Source of the DNA: Octopus sinensis | Taxonomy: Eukaryota | Reading direction: 5' to 3' | NCBI RefSeq assembly: GCF_006345805.1 | Contig: NC_042998.1 | Location: 115,196,001 to 115,260,000 of the forward strand | Length of the DNA: 64,000 nucleotides | Part shown: in pieces, positions 53,371-64,000 of the stretch | Position numbering within the stretch: position 1 is the stretch's first letter | Layout: each line of letters starts with the position of its first letter | The notes under the pieces: generated by a model | What the model was told of the DNA's origin: nothing | What the model saw: the letters and a program-made list of their open reading frames with translations, nothing else | Databases searched by the model: none | Made by a program: the position numbers and the translations under genes

Positions 53371-55145
53371 TTTGGTTCGATAATAGCAGAGAAAAAGAAG
53401 AAAAACATTGAAAATACTCACAAACAAACAAGAAACTTAATATAGGGCAATGACGTCCAAACAGTATTCTATTCAATGTGTGTTGCGTGTTCAGATTAAA
53501 TTCTCGTCATTTCTTCCTTGGTTGCTGTAATCAAATGACATGAACGAAAATTTCAACGACAAAACGATGAGTAAGAAAAATTAATATCTGAGCGGAAATG
53601 AGTAACCATCAAACTAAAAGCTGTCCATTTTGCCAAAGCGAAACAGATTGGCGTTAACAGTGAACTTATGACCATCTTCCTCTTTGCTGCTTCCTGAAAT
53701 TACAAGAATTACTAAAAGTACGGTAGTTTCATAAATATTGATTCATATGAAGAATGCAAAGGAAAAATGTTGCTTCATAGTTTACACATTTACAACATGG
53801 CTGCTGAAAATATTTTAAACATGAAATATATAGAAACACGTCAATAATCTAGAAGGAAAAAAAACACATAATTAGCTAAGATGATCGCAATCTTGCAGTT
53901 AAAACGTTTTCACTTAGTATGTATTGCGTGTATGTGGCCATAAATTGCGTTCATTTAAGCCTGGGTTTGTGAAAACGAATATCATTTAGAAGCTTAAAGA
54001 AACATTCCTACAAATAAGAATAACACATATATGACGAAACGGTATGAGTTTGTGTCTCTTTTCATGTGTGTATTTGCATGTGCGTGTAAGTGAAAGCGCA
54101 TGGGAGTAAATCAAATGGGCTGGTATGATATTGGTTTTTAGAATATTTCATTTTATGTATTTTTCTTAACGCTTACACAATTCTTAGTAGATGTAAGTGG
54201 TTTACAAACTATTATAACATGTGCTTTATTCAAATTCCGATATGTTTTGTGTGTTTTTAATCTCTAAACACAAACAAAAAAAAAACCGTTTCTGCTGATT
54301 CTCCTTCGATCAGTAGTACACTGGATCATGTAAGTGTCTCTTATTCATCTGAAGTTATATAAAGCAATATTTATTTATTTATGGTCCATAAAGCAATATT
54401 TATTGTAGCTCATCACTTTGGTCTAGTGGTTAGGATGTCGCACTCTTAATAGGATGTCGCACATATACTTAATGATATACTTTTTTAAAAAGAAGTGAAG
54501 TTATGAAACGGGATATACAATTTCTGTTAGAAGTTATTTACAGGCTACATAAGGTGACATTTATATCGTGTTTCTTCTAATTGCCATCCAAGTAATAAAT
54601 ATATGTTAATACTTGCTGGGTTTAGAGGAAGGTGTAAGCTTTCTTAGGTTGATGAGATTAATGCCCTTAATGTTCCTCTTTGTAGTTTGAAATACCTGGA
54701 AATATGTAATACCTGCGTTAAGACATAAGTAAGGAAGGATTATCCGGAGTGTTGACCTTCGAAAGAACTTGATATACTGATTATCTCAAGCCTGGATATT
54801 TTGACGTAACAAGGCTGATGAGAAGAGAAGAGACGGGTGGGATTCGAGTTCTTGAATGGAGGTTGCATGGTCACAGCGAGTTTCGAGGAGAAAAAATATT
54901 ATAGTGACAGGATCAAATGTAGAGAAAAGATGCAGTGCGCTTGTTGGTTAAAGTTTGTTTGAAGGTATCCTTCATTAACATTATTATTATGCTAGTCAAT
55001 CAACTGCCCATTTTTTGGTGTGGTCTAGCATGACTCTGTGTGCGACAGAAGCGCCGTCCGAGAGGTGAGAGCATTGTACATGCATAATTTTCTGGTGCAT
55101 ATGCAAAATGCACAAACACAAATAACTCTCCAGGGCTAATGATTA

Positions 55146-55181
<36 letters not shown>

Positions 55182-57583
55182 GTGTATGTGTATGTGTGCA
55201 TATATTTCAAAATTTCAACATGAAAGTCGATTTAAAATAATCAAACAATTCAGGAAGCAATAAATTTTAGTTCTTGAGCTAACACATGTAAAAAACTTTA
55301 GTTGTGTGTGTATGTGTGAGAGCATATAATATTATATATACAAACATAGACACTTTAATTAAAATAAAGATCTGATTTAATGATTATTTCGGGTTTTAGA
55401 AATCAATACCTACTTCCTTGTCATTTACTCTGAAGAAAACCACGAAGAGAAGAAAAAGGAGTAATAGTTTATTTTGTCTTGTATTTATTTATTGTTCTTT
55501 CCAATCACAATCAACGTGTGCTATGTACAATCTGGAACAATACAAAACATGGAGACAAACATTAGGAAAACTGATGAAACCGCTATGTTAGCCTGAAGAC
55601 AACGGGATGCACTATCACATGTTTTAGTTGAGGTGAGTGGGAACAGCTTGCAATAATTTACATCGGTAAACAGCTGCGATATAATTACACGGCGCTTGAC
55701 AGAATAAACAACTTGTTGGAAAAAAATTAGCTTTAGGATTATATTTGATTACTTCAGATTAGAGATAACTTGCAAATAAGATCTGCTGAGATGTTTTATT
55801 TTTCTACCACCTGTATCAGGTTTTAGCAAGGGAATCAAAAGAAGAAAAAAATCACCTTGTGAATGGAATTACAACAGAAGTAGTAGACCTTAATAATTGC
55901 TTTCTTAATATTCGCTATGCATAAACATTCGACAAATATTTAAATACAAAATAAATGCTAAAGTGTACACATGCTCGGTTGTATCTAAACACGTATGAAT
56001 ACACGCTAATATACACTGAAAGAACACAACTGTCAGATGTTGATGTATAATTCCCCTGACGATCTTCTTGTGGATAAACAAGAGACAATTATTCCCATGT
56101 AACTATAGTCTCCGTTGTCTTCAACTCAAAATCAAAAGAACTATCAGTTCTTTGCCAGTTGTGTATTGTTACTATTATTATCCGAAACTTATGGTTATTA
56201 TTTCAGAAAATGTAGAGCAGCTTTTAGAAAGATAAATATCACAAATTTTGGTGACACGTTTGTGATTCTCAAGAAAACAATATATATCAACAACGAAATA
56301 TAAAAATTTTAAAAAAATGATAATAATTACAAGATAAGAATTTTCTCCGTTGTTCCCGGTGGAAATTGAAATAATGCAGCAGAACTGTAGACAAGATTAA
56401 GAAAACTCTTGTTAAATGGACAGGAAAATCAATAGAAGCATAGTGACTGAGAAATACATTTAGATGAGTTAGGAACCCGTTGAAGTTCTCCTTACTCTTC
56501 CTACTTCAGTTTAAAGTAGGATGAATTGTGTGTGGTGTTATATCATAGAATCAACGTGGTGATCCACTTGCAATTATTCGCTGCAAACCGTTTACTTTAC
56601 CTACGGCTACTAGTAGGTTATTAGCAAGCCAATGAAGGATTCCCTAAATACCGACGAAATTGTTCTTAAAATCACATCTCACTATCTAAAATCTTGGGAA
56701 AATCTACTGGAATATGTAGTACCAAATACTAATAGAAAAACGAAATGGTCATGGCTGGAACGGCTTTGAGCGTCTTTGATAATAGGTCGCCTTGACACGA
56801 TAAATGCAATAACGGTCATCAATGCAACTTGTCAAAAAGAAAACTATAATCACAAAATGTTAGCTTCTTATTTGATTTATGGTATGTTGAATAAAAAACA
56901 CTTAATATAGTGTCGTCAAATGTTAATTTAACATGATCTTCAAACTTATTAAAGAAACAGTTAATGAGTATGATTTTACATTTTTTACCTTTTAACATTT
57001 ACTTGCTTCTGTCATTAGACTGCGGTCATGCTGGGGCACCGTCTCGAAGGATTTTAACTTTATTAATATAATACTTCAAAATATTTAGGAATTTCAATAA
57101 GTAATATATATTTACAGTAAGTAATTCTCTGAAAAAACTCAGTCACGTATTTCCATCGTACGTCTAGATATTAGTCTGGGAACAATCAATGATGATACAA
57201 TGAATGCTTTGATTTGACACCACGAGGTTTTGGATCCGATAGATCAAGCAGCACAGAAACTTGACTGTGTTTCCTCTGTTGATCGATTCAATGAATGTCG
57301 ATAAATTTGATTACCGTGAAGAGTAAAATGTGTTCTTGCATTTCGATGGACAGTAGCTTTTACATTTTGTTACTGTGTGCGTAATGTTTTATATATATAT
57401 ATACACACACACACACACCACAACGTATATAATTACAGTTGTAACTCACCCGACACGCTTCTTTAACAATTTTTGTCGGTTTGATTTCTTAATACACTAG
57501 ATCTCACACAGTGGTATCAATCCAAAGACATTATGTTAGGGAACCGTACAAACGCACGCACACGCACACGCACACACGCACGT

Positions 57584-57634
<51 letters not shown>

Positions 57635-58586
57635 GGTTTGGGCAAAAGGCCAGCAAATTTAGGGGAGGGGCAAGTCGACTGCTCAACTAGTACTTATTTT
57701 GTCGACCTTAGAAGGTTGAAAGGCAAAGTCTACCTCGGCAGAATTAGAACTCAGAACGTAAAGACTGACGAAATGTCTCTAAGCATTTTGTTGCTGCGGT
57801 AACGATATATAGCGGGAAAGAGAGATAGAGAGGGAGAGAGAGAATATGAGACTAGATAGAGAGGGAGAGAGAGAATATGAGACTAAGTGGGAATAATAAA
57901 TTGAATGTAATTATAAATTGATAAAGTCCGCATTATTACAAATGATTGGATCTATTTAAATGTTTTAGAGCATAAATTGTCTACTACACACTCATGCATA
58001 TTTATGCACACACAGACACACGCGCGCGTGCGCGTATCTGTGTATGCATGTATGCAGTTTCTCTCTCTGAAACATCATGGTATAATTTGACCGTCTACCC
58101 ATGCCGTGGCATGTAATTCCTTCTTCATCGCTCATGCAGCTATTCGCCCTTAAACTATTAACGCTTTGCAGGTATTTATTGCGCGATATGTGTGCATTTA
58201 TTTTTTGAGTTCTATTGTTGCTAGGTAGAACGGGACAATATGTTTCTCTTTGTGGACAGAAGTTAGTGAAGATATTTGTCTTTTTATGGGTAGTCAACAA
58301 ACTCTATATTCTTTTATATTCATTTTCCTTGTTTTATAGAAATAATCCTTTCTACTAAATGCACAAGGCCTGAAATTTACGGGGAGGGGACTAGTCAATT
58401 ATATCGACCCCAGTGTTTCACTGGTACTGAATTTATCAACCCTGAAAGGATAAGAGGTAAAATCGACCACGGCGGAATTTGAACTCAGAACATAAGGACG
58501 GACGAAACGCCGCTAAGTATTTTGCCCGTCATACTAACGACTCTGCCAAGTCGCCACTTTTCGCTAATAAAGAAATGATAAAAAGA

Positions 58587-58891
58587 CTAGCTATTTTCAC
58601 CCGTGCTTTGCTCGGGTTTTAGTGGTGGCGTTATTTTGTGCGTGTTGTCTCCTTTTCCCTTTCTTCTTTTGTTCGTCTTCTTTGCCTTTCCCATATTCTT
58701 CAACAGGGCAACCAAACGGTCGCTCCGAGCGACTTGCAACCCTCCTCACACAACTGCCTACCCCATTTTACCCCCAGTGTAAATTTTAGCGTCTATCCGA
58801 CCCCATCTACCGCCCCTTAAACCGTTCACATCCCAAAATGAGACAAATAACCAAGAAACCAAACAACTTTTTCGCATTTCAGTTTTATAGA
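58587..58891 (-). mobile_element. Short non-autonomous Helitron (305 bp)
   Basis: Minus strand: A|TCTATA 5' end; hairpin CCCGAGC-AAA-GCACGGG (58600-58616) 9 nt before the terminal CTAG|T. Confidence 0.8.
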
Positions 58892-59566
58892 TATTGATTG
58901 TATAGCATCATGCTATATTTGCTTTAAATCTGTCTTAAGTTAATAAACTTAGATTCTGCATATTAAGCATGTACTCACACCTACACCAATTTATCAGGCG
59001 AAATTATATTGTTATGCAACAAATACAGTTGCTGTATCATATGTGCATGCACGTCTCCGTGTAAGCGCGTGATTGTTTGTGTAATTGCTTGAATCTTGGA
59101 TCACCTTAGTCTTAAATGTCATAGCGTTATACCTTGTCGACTGTGTCTTATAATATTTCAATTCAATGCATGTCACATTGGCTTCAATTTAATCTGTCTC
59201 TGATATAATGCTTTATAAATGCTACAAAATGAAACTGGAGACAGTCAACTATATCTACGGACAGGATGTTTTAATATAGCAGCATACGTTAACGTGAGCA
59301 GTGACAAATTGTTGGGCTTGTAGGCATGTGTTGAGGCAATACTACGGCAATTTCTCGGGCACCTGCCTGAATGGTAAACAACAATGATCATGTGTATTTC
59401 AGCGCGTGCAAGCGTCTTATAATGTACATGCAAATATATGTACGCGCATGTGTGTATGTGCATGTGCATGCATGTGTGTGTGCGTATGTGTATGTATCTA
59501 TCTATATATACGTGTAGATATGAGTGTGTGTGTAATATATACATACATATGCAAATATATACATAC

Positions 59567-59599
<33 letters not shown>

Positions 59600-60058
59600 A
59601 TATATATCAGCAGCCCGTCCAATATATAAGTATATGTTTACATGTGTGTGTCTTCTTGTGTTTAGCTCCAACACTGCTTAGCAAATGGTGATTCTTTTGT
59701 ATTTTTTATGACCCAGTAACTTACTGGTTTAGTAAAACAGACCGATACAATAAGCGCTGGCTTAAAAAAACTATGCACGGGTTTCGGTTTGTTTGATTAA
59801 CACTTTTGTGACAGTGTCCCAGTATGGCCGCAGTCCAATGATTGAAACAGGTGAAAGAGAAAAGATAAAAGATATATATCCAGTATATATATTCGATATA
59901 CATAACCACATATAAGAATATATATATATATATATACATACATACAAAAACTTTAAATATATAAATATATATAATTACGATGATGATGACGACGATGATG
60001 ATGATGATGAAGATAATAATGATCATGATGATGATCATGATAACGATGATGATGATGA

Positions 60059-60466
60059 TATTGACAGTAATAATAGTAGTAGCGTTGTGGTGGTGGTGGT
60101 GATGGTGATGGTGGTGGTGGTAGTGGTGGTGGTGATGGTGGTTGTGGTGGTGATGGTGGTTGTGGTGGTGGTGGTGATGGTGGTTGTGGTGGTAGTGATG
60201 GTGGTTGTGGTGGTGGTGATGGTGACGATGACGACGACGATGATGAGGAGGAGGACGAAAAGGGATATGCATGAAGAGGTTGTTTGCGGCTGCGCCAATA
60301 TAATTCTAACACCACGATTGCTGAAGTTAATAGCGCTACCACCGCCGCCACTGCCACCACCACCACCAACAACAACACCAACAACAACAATAGCAACAAA
60401 AACACCAGTACCTGCAAATTACCTCCTGCACCAGCCCCGTCGACAACGCCATAATCAACATCACCA

Positions 60467-60513
<47 letters not shown>

Positions 60514-60887
60514 GAACTACTACTACTTGATCCACCACCACCATCAACACCATCGCCTCCACTAACACCACTACCTCCACAACCACCAACAACACCGCCA
60601 TCACCACTACCAACACCGTCACCACTAGTAGCACCTCCAATTCCACCACAACCTCCATCACCACCACCACCACAACCACCATCACCACCACCACAACCAC
60701 CATCACTACCACCACAACCACCATCACCACCAACACCACAACCACCATCACCACCACCGCAACCACCATCACTACCACCACAACCACCATCACCACCACA
60801 ACCACCACCATCACCACCACTACCACCACCACCACCACCACCATCACCACCACCACCACAACGCTACTACTATTATTACTGTCAATA
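60059..60887. repeat. Inverted duplication of a GGT/GAT/GTT repeat with a unique anchor
   Basis: TATTGACAGTAATAATAGTAGTAGCGTTGTGGTGGTGGTGGTGATGG at 60059 and its exact reverse complement ending at 60887. Confidence 0.8.
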
Positions 60888-61846
60888 ATAATAATGATCA
60901 TAATAATAATAGTTATAATAATAATAGCAACAACAACAATTATAATAGCAGCAATGATACTAATAAAAATAATAATAAAGTGAAGGAGAGATACAGAGGA
61001 AGATGTATGTTAATAACAACAACACAAACAACAACAATTAACAGAACATCATCAGCCGTAAAATCCCTAGTAACAGCAACAGCAACTACAACAACAGTAA
61101 AACAATAAGAACAATTGCAACAAAAAAAATAATAAATACACAAACAAAATAAAAGAAATAAAAAATTCAAACAGAACATCGAAGAAAAAAAAATTGTTTC
61201 GGCGGTGGGAAATGAAGGTGAGGGGGATCATCAGAAAAGAAAAAGGAAAAAGAAAAAGAAAAATTAACGATTCATGAAAGATAAAGAATTTAAAATAGAA
61301 AATTTCACAATTGTTTGCTAACACGTAATACATCAAAGTGGTTATGTATTTGGGCGAAAAGCTTTTGTTGGCTGATTCTACTACAAGTTTATCGTGACAG
61401 CTGCGAGAATCATGTGTACACGATATGGCATTGTCTTGTTTTAAAGATGGTCTTGCCCCCCTCAACCTCACGCAGGAAAAACTTTCATAGTGATTGAATG
61501 CAAGGGGGAAGAGAGGAAGGAAAGGAGGGAGACAGAGAAGAAGGAGAGAGAGAGAGAGAGAAAGAGGGAGAACGCGGAAAGAAAAAAATGGTGTGACCAG
61601 ATAGGTAGAGTGTTGACTGAGAGAGAAGTAGAGATGATGAGAGAGAGAGGGGGGGGAGAGAGAGAAGGTGGAGAGAGAGAAGGGGAGAGAGAGAGGTTGA
61701 TTGAGGGAGAAAAAAGAGAGATATAGAGGGAAGGAGAGAAAGAAGGAGAGAAACGGAGAGTAAAGTGTTTCGTGAAACGATAAAGATATAAGCAGAGAGA
61801 AACGGTTGAAAAGAAATTGGGGAAATAGAAAAACGGATAAGAGACT

Positions 61847-61892
<46 letters not shown>

Positions 61893-61895
61893 GTT

Positions 61896-61934
<39 letters not shown>

Positions 61935-62075
61935 CACATTTGTACATACGTACACACACATATATAATATATATAATATACGTAATATATATATGTATAT
62001 ATATGTATATATATACATATATATGTGTATATATGTATATATATAGATTATATGTGTCTATATATATATATATAG

Positions 62076-62108
<33 letters not shown>

Positions 62109-62809
62109 TACACATTTGTACATACGTACACACACACATATATATATATTTATATATATACATAATATATATATGTATATATATGTATATCTATACATAT
62201 ATATGTGTATATATATAGATATATATGTATCTATATATATATATATATACGCATACACACACGTATATATACATGTAAATACATACATATAAATATATAT
62301 ATATATGATTTATAAATGTATATGTATATGCTTGTATATATATATATATAGATATATATATATGTGCATGTATATACGCATACATATGCACACAGATGCA
62401 CTCACGCACACAACATACACGCACAAATACCTGTATATACATGCATATATCTATATATTTATGTACGAATAATACACCTGTGTAAGCTCATTAAGAGAGA
62501 AGGATAAGGGGAGAAAAATAGAGTGTGAGAAGGAGAAAAAAAGAAAGGGGAAGAGAAATGAAGATAGTAAGAAAGAAAGCGTGAGAAGAAAATATGGAAA
62601 TGAAACACACACACACACACACACCTATGCACTGGCCGTTAGCAACTGAGCTATATACAAACTCTGAAACAGACACACAGACACAATGACAGCCTCACAG
62701 AATAACAGTAGCTGAGCAATAATCTTTGCTATAAAACAAAAAAGGATGGCGAGGAATAGGAAGACAAAACAATATATTTCAGACGTGAAAAAAAATTATG
62801 TACACACAT

Positions 62810-62856
<47 letters not shown>

Positions 62857-63061
62857 ACACACACATAGTCAATTCAATGGCGAAGCAATTCAAAAAACGA
62901 ATAAAAATTAAAAAGGGAAAAAAACATGAATTATATTTGCTTGACGCTCGGTGAAAAGAGGGACTTCTTAACGTTTCGAGTATATATCTTAGTCGGAAAG
63001 GAGAAAGGGAAAAGTGCAAAGGTCCAAAAGTCCAAAGAGGGAGAAGGGAAATCGTCAGGGT

Positions 63062-63131
<70 letters not shown>

Positions 63132-63134
63132 CAA

Positions 63135-63290
63135 ACCTGGGTGTGTGGTAAGTAGCTTGCTTACCAACCACATGGTTCCACGCTCAATACCACTGCGTGG
63201 CACTTTGCGCAAGTGTCTTCTACTATAACCTCGGGCCGACCAAAATGTGTGAGAGGATTTGGTAGATGGGAAATTGAAGAAGCCGTATAT
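63135..63290 (+). mobile_element. SINE family A head
   Basis: GTGTGGTAAGTAGCTTGCTTACCAACCACATGGTTCC..GATTTGGTAG. Confidence 0.8.
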
Positions 63291-63319
63291 ATATATATAT
63301 ATATACACATGTATATATG

Positions 63320-63775
63320 TCGACCGCTGTGCCTACTTTCTTCTAAAGCTTCTATTTATTCTAAAGGTATCTCTTTTTTTTTCTTCTTAATCCTTTCTGT
63401 CGAAGAGCGTACACTCGAAACGTAAAAGAATTTGCACTCTTCCCGAGCGTTAAACTAATACACCTGCTTGTTGTTCCTACACCTGATTTCGTCTTTTGAT
63501 TTCCGTAAATTTGAACTAAAATTTAATGTCGAGAGTGAAGAAAAGTTGAGAGGGGCCAGAAGAGATGGTGAAAGAGTTAAACAGACAGTAGATCGTTGCG
63601 CTCTGCACATTTTTTTGTCTCTCCGTTTTTTTCTCCTCTCTATCCTTTCCGTCGAAGTACATAGGCTCGAAACGTAAAAGACTTTTACATTCTTCTCGAG
63701 TGTTAAACTAATACACCTGTTTTTGTTCCAACACCTGTCTTCGTCTTTTGTTTTCTGTAAATTTGAACTATATGT
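63320..63775 (+). mobile_element. Two direct copies of the PLE-type family X repeat (252-bp offset), each with an HHR-like motif
   Basis: Motifs at 63393-63428 and 63645-63680, each followed by TTAAACTAATACACCTG..TTCGTCTTTTG..GTAAATTTGAACTA. Confidence 0.65.
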
Positions 63776-64000
63776 ACTTACATGGATCCGCATGGTTTAG
63801 GAGTTAGCGTGTTGCACTCACGATTGCGAGATTGTGGTTTTACGTTGTGTTTTTACGTTGTGTTTTTAAGCAAAACACTTCATTTCACGTTGCTCTGCGA
63901 TTATTTCCTCATCTGACATGTAGCACACGGTGCACCTGCGCAGTTAATGTCGATTTGATGGAAGGAGTGTGCTTATGGAAAAACAAACGTTTGATCATTA

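Noticed and set aside
53560-53710. Possible minus-strand exon or a short CPFC-containing ORF
   Set aside because: Too short, with no donor site or recognisable domain.
54419-54461. tRNA-Glu-like 5' half (TGGTCTAGTGGTTAGGATGTCGCACTCT)
   Set aside because: There is no T arm or B box and it ends in a 13-bp duplication; it is a SINE-head or tRNA fragment, not a gene.

Overview
AT-rich, microsatellite-dense metazoan DNA. The repeat families look like those of an octopod cephalopod (Octopus); this is an inference, not a database match. I cannot support any host protein-coding exon, rRNA, true tRNA gene or CRISPR array, and nearly all ORFs in the track are translated simple repeats. The window is a nested set of mobile elements: a near-complete irritans-type mariner (17330-18619), a decayed Tc1 (20065-21304), a mariner MITE, two non-autonomous Helitrons, LINE remnants (R4/Dong-like, HERO-like, CR1-like), several tRNA-derived SINE families and many Penelope-like (PLE) remnants. 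Two patterns stand out. (1) One SINE family occurs as head-to-tail concatemers of about 185-bp units at five loci. Each whole array is flanked by a single 14-18 bp target-site duplication (TSD), and the same unit-unit junction recurs eight times. (2) At least five unrelated short fold-back (inverted) elements, mostly in (TA)n tracts, carry hammerhead-ribozyme (HHR) motifs. One has a complete core (14541-14583, minus strand), and a separate non-inverted family carries a recurrent U-for-A6 core variant.
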